Part shown: piece by piece, positions 35,556-43,599 of the stretch
How the letters are laid out: every line of letters begins with the position of its first letter
How positions within the stretch are numbered: position 1 is the stretch's first letter
Origin: an uncultured Acidobacteriota bacterium
GTDB lineage: Bacteria > Acidobacteriota > Vicinamibacteria > Vicinamibacterales > Fen-181
Direction: 5' to 3'
Assembly: GCA_963813585.1 (NCBI GenBank)
Contig: CAWEZL010000001.1
Coordinates: forward strand, 504,487 to 568,486
Length of the DNA: 64,000 bases
Made by a program: the position numbers and the translations under genes
The notes under the pieces: generated by a model
What the model was told of the DNA's origin: nothing
Seen by the model: only the letters and a program-made list of their open reading frames with translations
Database searches by the model: none

Positions 35556-35869
35556 ACGCACCCGGTGGGCTTGGGAAGCCCGGCCACCTTGCAGGCGCCC
35601 GTCGCGGGCCCCGACGGGAACATGTCGTAGATCTGCGCCAGCTTGAAGCCGGTTTCCTTGCAGAGCTTGCGGATCATCGGCGCCATGCCGAACTGGAGGT
35701 AATACCCGCGGAGGTAGTGCACCACCTTCCACTGGTCCTCGCTCAGCCCGCTGATGCCCTCGGTCGTGGCGAGGTCCTGCGCGACCTCCTGGTTCCAGGT
35801 GGCCGGGTCTTCAAGGAACCCGTCCTCGTCCACCGCGTACGTCCGCCCGTTCAAAACGATGGTTGCCAT
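35552..35869 (-). CDS. dsrC: DsrC (TusE/DsrC/DsvC family) sulfur-relay protein with both C-terminal cysteines
   Basis: 105 aa ending ...GACKVAGLPKPTGCV. It has the penultimate Cys plus a second Cys 11 positions upstream (10 residues between), which is the DsrC-type arm. Confidence 0.85.
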   Translation of the reverse strand: MATIVLNGRTYAVDEDGFLEDPATWNQEVAQDLATTEGISGLSEDQWKVVHYLRGYYLQFGMAPMIRKLCKETGFKLAQIYDMFPSGPATGACKVAGLPKPTGCV

Positions 35870-35875
35870 GTATTT

Positions 35876-35943
35876 GGGGTCAGGTCTTGCATTTCAGCAT
35901 TTCAGCCGGAAGGCTGAAATGCTGAAATGCAAGACCTGACCCC
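35876..35943. repeat. perfect 32-bp/32-bp inverted repeat with GGAA loop (68 nt, AT-rich)
   Basis: The sequence is ggggtcaggtcttgcatttcagcatttcagcc-ggaa-ggctgaaatgctgaaatgcaagacctgacccc; I checked the arms base by base. It sits between the SIS-gene stop (35952-35954) and the dsrC ATG (35869). Confidence 0.95.
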
Positions 35944-35951
35944 ACCTCCTC

Positions 35952-36995
35952 CTACGTCGTCTTCGTCACCTTGTTCAGGCCGCGGGGCTGGTCGGGGTCG
36001 AACCCGCGCAGCCGGCTCAGGTGGAACGCGAGCAGCTGGCCGGGCACCACCGCCGGGATCGGCGACAGCCACTCGGGCAGCCCCTGCGGCAGCGGCAGCG
36101 GCGCAGCGGCCAACGACAGCGACGAGGGGATGTTCGACAGCACCGCCGGCCGGGCACCGCGTCCGACCATCGCACGCAGCAGCGCCTCGACCTCCTCGCT
36201 CACCGCCCCCGCCACGTTCACCACCACCGCGGCGAAGCCGGTCTCGACCAGCGCCATCGGCCCGTGCTGGAAGTCCGCGGCCGAGTACGGCTCGACCGCC
36301 ACGTAGGCCAGCTCCTTCGCCTTCAGCGACACCTCGAAGGCGGTCGCGTAATTGTAACCGCGACCGATCACCACGCCGTGGCCGGCGTCCTTCAGCATCT
36401 CGGCCGCGGCACGGGCCTGGTCGCCCAGCTTCAGCACCTCGTCCACCTGGTCCGGCACCTCAGCCAGCTCGGACCACCGCCGGTCGTCGCCGCCGAGCGC
36501 CGCCGACAGCATCGCGATCGTCATCAGCTGGGCCGTATACGTCTTGGTCGCCGCGATGCTCCGCTCCTGGCCGGCGCCGAGCAGCAGCGTGTGGTCGGCC
36601 GCCCGCGTGATCGGCGACCCTTCCACGTTGGTGATCGCCAGGGTCGGGCACCCCTGCCGGCGCCCCTCCTCGACCACCGCCACCAGGTCGGGCGACTCGC
36701 CCGACTGCGAGATGCCGACGACCAGCGCGCCGTGCAGCCGCGGCGGCGACTGGTACCGGGTGAACAGCGACGGGGTGGCCAGCCCCACGTTCAGGCCGTT
36801 CCGGGCGCCGAGCACGTACTGCGCGTAACGGGCAGCGTTGTCGGACGACCCGCGTGCCGCGATGAGGACGCTGGTGAGGCCGCGACCGGCGAGCGCGCCA
36901 GCCACGTTGCGCACCTCGCCCTCGCGGTCGTGCAGCAGCCGCCGCAGCACGTCGGGTTGTTCGTCGATTTCCGAGAGAAGAGTCGAGTCGGTCAT
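35952..36995 (-). CDS. SIS-domain sugar-phosphate isomerase/aminotransferase-like protein (GlmS isomerase-domain type)
   Basis: 347 aa with two SIS repeats (IAARGSSDNAARYAQY...GISQSGESPD). Confidence 0.8.
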   Translation of the reverse strand: MTDSTLLSEIDEQPDVLRRLLHDREGEVRNVAGALAGRGLTSVLIAARGSSDNAARYAQYVLGARNGLNVGLATPSLFTRYQSPPRLHGALVVGISQSGESPDLVAVVEEGRRQGCPTLAITNVEGSPITRAADHTLLLGAGQERSIAATKTYTAQLMTIAMLSAALGGDDRRWSELAEVPDQVDEVLKLGDQARAAAEMLKDAGHGVVIGRGYNYATAFEVSLKAKELAYVAVEPYSAADFQHGPMALVETGFAAVVVNVAGAVSEEVEALLRAMVGRGARPAVLSNIPSSLSLAAAPLPLPQGLPEWLSPIPAVVPGQLLAFHLSRLRGFDPDQPRGLNKVTKTT

Positions 36996-37122
36996 ATCGG
37001 CGAATCATACCCCGGCTGGCTTGCCTCGCCGTAGCGCCCGGCGGATCCCGGGCGCAAAGGCGGCTGGCTTGCGAGTCGCGGCCGGGCCGGGGTACGCTCA
37101 CGCTGCTTTCACTGGAGAGGTC

Positions 37123-38799
37123 ATGTCCTCCACGCTCGTCGAATGCGTCCCGAACTTCTCGGAAGGCCGTAACCGCGCCGTCATCGACGCGATCGCCGAC
37201 GCCATCAGGGGGGTTGGCGGCGTGAAGCTGCTCGACGTGGACCCCGGCGCCGACACCAACCGCACCGTCTACACCTTCGTCGGCCCGCCCGGCGCGGTGG
37301 CCGACGCGGCCGTCAAGGCGGCGCAGAAGGCCTACGAGCTGATCGACATGAGCCGCCACACCGGCGCCCACCCGCGGATCGGCGCGCTCGACGTCTGCCC
37401 CATCGTCCCCATCGCCGGCGTCACGATGGAGGAGTGCGCCGGGATCGCCCGCGGCATCGGCCGGCGGATCGGCGAGGCGCTCCAGGTCCCGGTCTACTTC
37501 TACGAGCACGCGGCCAGCTCCTCCGCCCGCCGCAGCCTGGCCGACGTCCGCGCCGGCGAGTACGAGGGGCTGGAGCGCAAGCTCCAGGATGCCGCCTGGG
37601 CGCCCGACGCCGGGCCGGCCCGGTTCGACCCGCGCTATGGCGCCTCGGTCGTCGGCGCGCGCGAGTTCCTCATCGCCTACAACGTCAACCTGAACACCCG
37701 CGACCGCAAGCTGGCCAACGAGATCGCCCTCAACATCCGCGAGAACGGCCGCCTGGCCCGCGATGCCCGCGGTAACCTCGTCACGGACGCCGAGGGGAAG
37801 CAGGTGCGGGCGCCTGGCCGCCTTCGCGCCGTCCGCGCGATCGGGTGGTACATCGAGCAGTACCGCCAGGCGCAGGTGTCGATCAACCTGATCGACTACA
37901 AGGTGACGCCGCTGCACGTCGTGTTCGAGACCGTGCGCGAGGAAGCGGCGAAGCTCGGGCTGCGCGTCACCGGCTCCGAGCTGGTCGGCCTGATGCCGCT
38001 GCAGCCGCTGCTCGACGCCGGCCGCTTCTACCTCCGCAGGCAGGGGAAGTCGGCGGGCGTGCCCGAGGTCGAGCTCGTCGAGCTGGCCGCCCGGTCGCTC
38101 GGCCTCGACCAGCTCGCCCCGTTCGACCCGGCGAAGAAGGTGATCGAGTATCAGTTCCGGTCGCGCGGCCCGCTGGTCGCGATGCCCGTCGATCGCTTCG
38201 TGGACGAGGTGTCGTCCGAGTCGCCCGCCCCCGGCGGCGGATCGGTGTCGGCGCTCGCCGGCGCGCTCGCCGCGGCGCTGGCCGCGATGGTCGCCAACCT
38301 CACCGTGGGCAAGAAGGGGTACGAGGCCGCGTGGGACGAGCTGTCCGGGGTCGCCGCGCAGGCGCAGGCGGTGAAGGACCGCCTGGTGCGGGCCGTGGAC
38401 CAGGACACCGAGGCGTTCAACGCGGTGCTCGCCGCCAACCGCATGCCGAAGGGGACCGACGCCGAGCGGGCCGCGCGCGACGCCGCCATCGAGGCCGGGT
38501 ACCAGCAGGCCACCGGCGTGCCCCTCGCGACCGCCAAGGCGTGCCTCGAGGCGCTGAAGCTGGCGCGGGTAGCCGCCGCCCGGGGCAACCGCAACTCGGC
38601 GTCCGATGCCGGCGTCGCCGCCCTGATGGCGCGAGCCGGCGTCGAGGGCAGCGTGCTGAACGTCCTCATCAACCTGGGGTCGGTCAAGGACGCGGGCTTC
38701 GCCCAGGCCTGCCGTGGCGAGACCGAGGGGCTCGTGGCCGAGGCCAACGCCCTCTGCGCGCGCGTCGTCGGCGACGTGAAGGACACCTTCGAGGGATGA
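37123..38799 (+). CDS. ftcD: bifunctional glutamate formimidoyltransferase / formiminotetrahydrofolate cyclodeaminase
   Basis: Start moved to the ATG at 37123, after SD GGAGAGG. The formimidoyltransferase domain opens LVECVPNFSEGRN...HTGAHPRIGALDV. The C-terminal cyclodeaminase domain has ESPAPGGGSVSALAGALAAAL. Confidence 0.85.
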   Translation: MSSTLVECVPNFSEGRNRAVIDAIADAIRGVGGVKLLDVDPGADTNRTVYTFVGPPGAVADAAVKAAQKAYELIDMSRHTGAHPRIGALDVCPIVPIAGVTMEECAGIARGIGRRIGEALQVPVYFYEHAASSSARRSLADVRAGEYEGLERKLQDAAWAPDAGPARFDPRYGASVVGAREFLIAYNVNLNTRDRKLANEIALNIRENGRLARDARGNLVTDAEGKQVRAPGRLRAVRAIGWYIEQYRQAQVSINLIDYKVTPLHVVFETVREEAAKLGLRVTGSELVGLMPLQPLLDAGRFYLRRQGKSAGVPEVELVELAARSLGLDQLAPFDPAKKVIEYQFRSRGPLVAMPVDRFVDEVSSESPAPGGGSVSALAGALAAALAAMVANLTVGKKGYEAAWDELSGVAAQAQAVKDRLVRAVDQDTEAFNAVLAANRMPKGTDAERAARDAAIEAGYQQATGVPLATAKACLEALKLARVAAARGNRNSASDAGVAALMARAGVEGSVLNVLINLGSVKDAGFAQACRGETEGLVAEANALCARVVGDVKDTFEG

Positions 38800-39991
38800 C
38801 GGGGCGGTGCAGTGGCGCGGCGCCGCCGCGGTCCCCGTCAACCCCGAGATGCCCGCCGAGCAGATCGCGCGACGTATGGCAGCTACCGGCGCCGCCAGGC
38901 ACCACCAGCTCGACGCGCGACATCACGGCCCCCTCGAGCACCCGGTCCACCACGTCCATCCCCCGCACGACCTCCGCGAACACCGTGTAGTCGTGATCCA
39001 GGCGCGGAGAGTCCACCAGGTTCACGTAGATCTGCGCGTCGCCGGTGTGGCGCCCGCGTGTCGAGATGCCCAGCGTTCCCCGGCGCTGCGGGAATCGCCC
39101 CACCTCGTCGCGCATGTAGCGGTCGTGGCCGGCGAACTCGTTCGCCCCGGGGCTGCCCCCCTGGATGACGAAGTTGGGGACGACCCGGTGGAACGTGAGC
39201 CCGTCGTAGTAACCGATCTCGGCGAGCCGCGCGACCCTCAGGCACGCGAGCGGCGCCTCGCCGGGCAGCAGGCGCGCATCGAACGACCCCAGGCGCTCGA
39301 GGGTCACCCTGAGCACCTTTCCCTCGAGCCGGGCCAGCAGCGCCTCGTCGACAGGCTCGGCGAACGCCGCGGCGGGGACGGAGGCCTCGGCCCGCTGCCC
39401 GGTCCCCGAGGCGGGCGCGTCCAATCCCAGCTCCTTGAGCCGTTCGAGCAGCGCCGCGCGAGCATCGCGCGCCGTGTCGCTCCGCGTGGCGGTGAGGCGC
39501 TGGAGCGACGCGAGCAGCGCGGGGATGGCGCGGGGCGTTCCCTTCAGCGCCGCGGCAGCCGCCATCACGAGCTGGTGGTCGGTCGACTCGAGGGCGGTGA
39601 GATACACCTCGTCGGCCTGGTGGCCAATCGTCGCCGACAACCCGGTCACCGCCGCCTCGCGCACGTTCGCGTGCACGTCGGCGGCAAGCCGGCGCAGGGT
39701 GTCCTCGTCGCGCACGAGTGCCGCCCCGCGCGCCGCGTACACCCGCGCCTGCCAGGGCTCCGCCCGCGAGGCGCGGACGACGAGCGGACGTGCCCGGCCG
39801 GGCGCGACGGCGGCCAGCGCCACCAGCGCGTGGGCGCCGCGGTGCCACGCGGCCGGCGTGGCGTCCTCCACCTCGCGGGCGAGCAGAGGCGCGCGGCTCG
39901 CCCCGCACGCCGCCAGCAGGTCGATCGCGAGCAGCGCCACGTGGCCGTCCGTGTCGCGAGTGCGGCGCACCGCTGCCTCGCACGTCCGCAT
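38684..39991 (-). CDS. HEAT-repeat protein with C-terminal cyclophilin-type peptidyl-prolyl isomerase domain
   Basis: The cyclophilin core is YYDGLTFHRVVPNFVIQGGSP...TVFAEVVRGMDVVDRV. The last ~70 codons are Arg/Pro-rich, overlap the ftcD 3' end by 116 nt and look like read-through. The start has no properly spaced SD, so this may be the distal part of the upstream HEAT gene. Confidence 0.65.
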   Translation of the reverse strand: MRTCEAAVRRTRDTDGHVALLAIDLLAACGASRAPLLAREVEDATPAAWHRGAHALVALAAVAPGRARPLVVRASRAEPWQARVYAARGAALVRDEDTLRRLAADVHANVREAAVTGLSATIGHQADEVYLTALESTDHQLVMAAAAALKGTPRAIPALLASLQRLTATRSDTARDARAALLERLKELGLDAPASGTGQRAEASVPAAAFAEPVDEALLARLEGKVLRVTLERLGSFDARLLPGEAPLACLRVARLAEIGYYDGLTFHRVVPNFVIQGGSPGANEFAGHDRYMRDEVGRFPQRRGTLGISTRGRHTGDAQIYVNLVDSPRLDHDYTVFAEVVRGMDVVDRVLEGAVMSRVELVVPGGAGSCHTSRDLLGGHLGVDGDRGGAAPLHRPVIPRRCPSRRRRRARRGRWPRPRAPRSRHGRPGRSPRP

Positions 39992-39995
39992 CCCT

Positions 39996-40068
39996 TCAGG
40001 AGTACCTGGTGGTCCCCTCAGGTGTACCGGTGGTCCCCTCGGGTGTAGAGCAGGGCTTCAGCCCTGCT
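39996..40068. repeat. composite element: 22/21-nt tandem repeat (tcaggRgtaccKggtggtcccc x2.4) plus hairpin-B (AGCAGGGCTTCAGCCCTGCT)
   Basis: Read directly. The tandem copies lie at 39996-40017, 40018-40038 and 40039-40047 (partial), and the hairpin at 40049-40068. Confidence 0.85.
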
Positions 40069-40925
40069 GGACAGAGGTGCCGGCGGCCGAGCGCCCGCAG
40101 CGCCTCGTACCGCACCATCGGCGAGCGATCGGCCAGCGCGGACTGGAGGTCGTTCTCGCCTGCCGACGGCGCCGCCGCGGCGAGGCGGCGGACCTGCTCG
40201 TCAACGTCGCGGAGGGCTGCCGCGAGGGCGCCTGGATCGGGTCCGCCCGACGCGTTGAGCGCGGTCACCGCGAGCCGGCGGAGCGTGGCGGGCTCGCTCG
40301 TCGCACCCGCCGCGCGCGAGGCGATGGCCGAGAGGCGGTCGCGGCAGGTGGCGGAGAGCGCGCCGAACGTGGCGCCAACCCGCGCCAGCGACTCGATCCC
40401 GCGGAGCGCCCCCTCGACGGCTTCGGGGGCGGCCCGGCGCCGCAGGTCCGCGACGAGCGCCTCCTCGACGACCTGCCGGTCCGCGTCGCGTGCGAGCGGC
40501 AGGCGGCCCAGCGCTTCGGCGAGCGCGGCGACGACGGGCGCCTCGGGCTCGACGCGGAGCCGTGCGAGCAGCGTCGCGCGGGCCGAGCCTGCCGCCCCGG
40601 GGTCGCTGCCCGCCGACTGCGCGAGCGCGTTGGCCGCCTCGGCCCGAAGTTCGGCGGCCGGGGCACGCAGCAGATCCGCCAGCCTCGGAACCAGCTCCGG
40701 GCGCTCGAGACGTCCCAAAGCGCGAGCAGCCTGGCACCGGAGCGCCACCGACGGGCTGGCCGTCCCGTCGAGCAGGAGCTGCAGGTCCCCTTGCCCGCCC
40801 GCCCCGCGCGCCTCGGCCACCAGCAACTGCAGTCGCGTTGGCCCGGCGGGCTGCGAGTCCCCGGCCCCGCAGAACGTCAGGCACACGAGGATGGTGCCGA
40901 GCCTTCGGGTCATTGGTCCGGCCAT
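39996..40925 (-). CDS. secreted HEAT-repeat protein (3' end runs into the composite repeat)
   Basis: The start is at ATG 40925 or 40913 (MTRRLGTILVCLTFCGAG, a signal peptide). It contains HEAT-like D..VR..A repeats. The last ~27 codons (…HLCPAGLKPCSTPEGTTGTPEGTTRYS) are repeat-encoded. Confidence 0.6.
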   Translation of the reverse strand: MAGPMTRRLGTILVCLTFCGAGDSQPAGPTRLQLLVAEARGAGGQGDLQLLLDGTASPSVALRCQAARALGRLERPELVPRLADLLRAPAAELRAEAANALAQSAGSDPGAAGSARATLLARLRVEPEAPVVAALAEALGRLPLARDADRQVVEEALVADLRRRAAPEAVEGALRGIESLARVGATFGALSATCRDRLSAIASRAAGATSEPATLRRLAVTALNASGGPDPGALAAALRDVDEQVRRLAAAAPSAGENDLQSALADRSPMVRYEALRALGRRHLCPAGLKPCSTPEGTTGTPEGTTRYS

Positions 40926-40986
40926 GCTACCCCAACAATCAGCCCGGCGCGCGGATTGCACGGGCTCGGGCGGGGGAACCGAAGAG

Positions 40987-41343
40987 ATGAAGGTCATGGC
41001 AGGGGTTGTCCTTGGCTGCAGCCTGCTCGCCGGCACGCCGGCAGCCGTGTCGGAGCCGCTGGCCATCAGCGTCCACCCGATCGTCTCGATGGCCCCGGCC
41101 ACCGTCACCCTGAACGTGACCATCGAGCCCGACGAACGGAACCGGCTGCTGACCGTGGTGACCGACTCGACCGACTTCTACAGCGCCAGCGAGGTGTCCC
41201 TGGACGGGGACAAGGCGGCGCGCACGCAGCGATTCACGGTGAAGAACCTGCCTGCGGGGGATTACCTGGTGCGGGCGCGCATCACTCGGGGCGACGACTC
41301 CGAGCGCGTCGTCGAGACGCACCTGCTCGTGACGGGGTTCTGA
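40987..41343 (+). CDS. small secreted hypothetical protein
   Basis: 118 aa with signal peptide MKVMAGVVLGCSLLAGTPAAVS and a beta-rich sequence. A G-rich SD-like stretch lies upstream, and no family was recognised. Confidence 0.5.
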   Translation: MKVMAGVVLGCSLLAGTPAAVSEPLAISVHPIVSMAPATVTLNVTIEPDERNRLLTVVTDSTDFYSASEVSLDGDKAARTQRFTVKNLPAGDYLVRARITRGDDSERVVETHLLVTGF

Positions 41344-41349
41344 CCGGGG

Positions 41350-42738
41350 TCACAGTTCGACGGCGTCGAGGTACTTCGGCACGCTGACCTGCCACGCCAG
41401 CTCCTGGCGCAGCCGGGTGGCGAAGGCTTCCGCGCTCTCAGGCTCGCCGTGCACGACGAAGGTCTGCGACGGCGGCCGCGAGATCCCCTTCAGCCACCGG
41501 ATCAGCTCGTCGCCGTCGGCGTGCGCCGACATCGAGTGCAACTGCTCGATCGACGCGTTGACCGGCACCATCTGGCCGTGGATCTTCACCTCGCGCTCGC
41601 CCTCGACCAGGCGGCGCCCCCGGGTTCCGGCCGCCTGGAATCCGACGAACAGCACCGTGTGCCTCGGGTTCGGCAGCGCCGCCTTCAGGTGGTTCAGCAC
41701 GCGCCCGCCGGTCGCCATCCCGCTCGACGAGATCACGATCGAGGGGATGCGCGACGCCACCAGCTCGGCCGACTGCTGGGGGCTCGCGACCGTCTGGAAC
41801 CGCCGCGTGACGAACGCGGCGAACGCGCCGCGGCTGCCCTGCACGTCGGGGTCGAGCTCGTCGGACCGCCGCGCGTAGTGCTTCAGCGCCTCGACGGCCA
41901 TCGGGCTGTCGAGGAAGACCGGCACGCTCGGGATGCGCCCCGCCTCCTCGAGCCGCTTCAGCCACCAGATGATCTCCTCGACGCGGCCGATCGCGAACGA
42001 CGGGATGATCACCTTCCCGCCGCGCCCGATCGTCGTCGAGATCACCTCCGCCATCTTCTCCCCGTCGGCGTCGGGCACGTGAGCCCGGTCGCCGTAGGTC
42101 GATTCGACCAGCAGCACGTCGGCCGCCTCGAGCGGCGACGGGTCGGGCAGCACGGGGCGGCCGTAGCGACCCACGTCGCCGCTGAACACGACCTGCCGTG
42201 GCCCGCCGCCGTTGACGTTCAGCGAGAGCGTGGCGAAGGCCGAACCGAGCAGGTGCCCCGAGTTGGTGAAGCGCGCGGTGATGTCGGGCGCGACCGGCAC
42301 CGGGCGATCGAATCCCACCGGCTGGAGTTTGGCCAGCACGTGGACAGCGTCTTCCTCGGTGAACAGCGGCAGCGCCGGGCTGTGCCTGGAGTAGCCGTGG
42401 CGGTTCGCCTCGCGGGCATCTTCCTCGGCGAGCCGGCCCGAGTCGGGGAGCACGATGCGGCACAGGTCGGCGGTCCCGGGCGTGCAGAACACTCGCCCGC
42501 GAAACCCATCGCGGAAGAGCCGCGGGAGGTAGCCGGTGTGATCGACGTGCGCGTGGGTGAGCACGACCGAGTCGATGCTCTCCGGGGCAACGGGCAGGGG
42601 CGCCCAGTTGCGCTCGCGCAGCTCCTTGAGCCCCTGGAACAGGCCGCAGTCGACGAGCACGCGCGACGCGTTCACCTCGAGCAGGTACTTCGATCCGGTC
42701 ACGGTCTGGGCGGCGCCGAGGAAGGTCAGGGATGGCAT
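41350..42738 (-). CDS. MBL-fold metallo-hydrolase with beta-CASP / RNA-metabolising domain
   Basis: 462 aa. Motifs: FLGAAQTVTGSKYLL, LTHAHVDHTGYLPRL. The C-terminal beta-CASP region ends in SAHAD. Confidence 0.85.
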   Translation of the reverse strand: MPSLTFLGAAQTVTGSKYLLEVNASRVLVDCGLFQGLKELRERNWAPLPVAPESIDSVVLTHAHVDHTGYLPRLFRDGFRGRVFCTPGTADLCRIVLPDSGRLAEEDAREANRHGYSRHSPALPLFTEEDAVHVLAKLQPVGFDRPVPVAPDITARFTNSGHLLGSAFATLSLNVNGGGPRQVVFSGDVGRYGRPVLPDPSPLEAADVLLVESTYGDRAHVPDADGEKMAEVISTTIGRGGKVIIPSFAIGRVEEIIWWLKRLEEAGRIPSVPVFLDSPMAVEALKHYARRSDELDPDVQGSRGAFAAFVTRRFQTVASPQQSAELVASRIPSIVISSSGMATGGRVLNHLKAALPNPRHTVLFVGFQAAGTRGRRLVEGEREVKIHGQMVPVNASIEQLHSMSAHADGDELIRWLKGISRPPSQTFVVHGEPESAEAFATRLRQELAWQVSVPKYLDAVEL

Positions 42739-42741
42739 ACG

Positions 42742-43590
42742 TCAGATCCCGGCAAGATCGCGGATGCGGGCCAGCGCGCGGGAGGTGCCGACCAGCGGGA
42801 GGTTGCTGATGTAGAAACGCCGCACGCCGATCGCCGCGAGCGCGCGCACCGTCCGGGCGCACACCTCCTCGGCCGACGCCCCCTCGCCGAACTCGCGGGT
42901 CAGCCCCTCGGCCGGCACGGGGATGAAGTCGGCGAGCAGCGCGAGCGTCCGCGGGTTGGCGCTGCGGTAGTAGAAGACGCCGAAGACGCCCGGCATCGTC
43001 ACGCCCCGCGCCGCGACGCATTCGAGGAAGCGCGCCACCGGGCCCACGTCGTGGTGCGAGACGACCTGCGTCAGGAAGTACTCGCCGCAGAACCGCGGGT
43101 CCGTCAGGTACTCGATCTGCCGCTCGACCGGCCTGTAGGGGTTGGCCCAGCCGCCGAGCACCAGGTCCGACCCGGCCCCGCGAATCGCCTGCCGCAGCTC
43201 CCAGGCGTGCTCGACCAATCGCGGGACGCCGATCCGGCGGTCGCCGCCGAGCACGACGAGCGACTCGAACCCGTGCTGCCGCGCGCGGTCGGCGTACGAG
43301 AGGCAGTAGTCGAGCGGGTGCTTGCTGGTGAGGATCGGCACGACGCGGTCGCGCGCCGCGTCCTCGCCGATGTTGGCCGTCAGGTGCCGCAGGTTGTCCT
43401 CCTCGGGCACCCCGACCGCGCTGTCGGTGAGGAAGACGGCCGTCCCCTTCAGGGTGAGCGACCGCACGGCATGGTAGGTGTCGATCCAGGCGTCCATCCC
43501 GGCCGCCAACGCCAGCTCCGCGCGGGGCGGCCGGAGTTCGGCCGCGACGAAGGGATCCTTCGATCGCAGGGTCTCGAGCAGGGCACTCAC
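42742..43590 (-). CDS. methylenetetrahydrofolate reductase-like (MetF family) protein
   Basis: 282 aa with a TIM-barrel-like pattern and an ELRPPR opening resembling the MetF E(F)FPP(K/R) motif. This is a weak call made by eye. Confidence 0.45.
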   Translation of the reverse strand: MSALLETLRSKDPFVAAELRPPRAELALAAGMDAWIDTYHAVRSLTLKGTAVFLTDSAVGVPEEDNLRHLTANIGEDAARDRVVPILTSKHPLDYCLSYADRARQHGFESLVVLGGDRRIGVPRLVEHAWELRQAIRGAGSDLVLGGWANPYRPVERQIEYLTDPRFCGEYFLTQVVSHHDVGPVARFLECVAARGVTMPGVFGVFYYRSANPRTLALLADFIPVPAEGLTREFGEGASAEEVCARTVRALAAIGVRRFYISNLPLVGTSRALARIRDLAGI

Positions 43591-43599
43591 GTGACGCTA

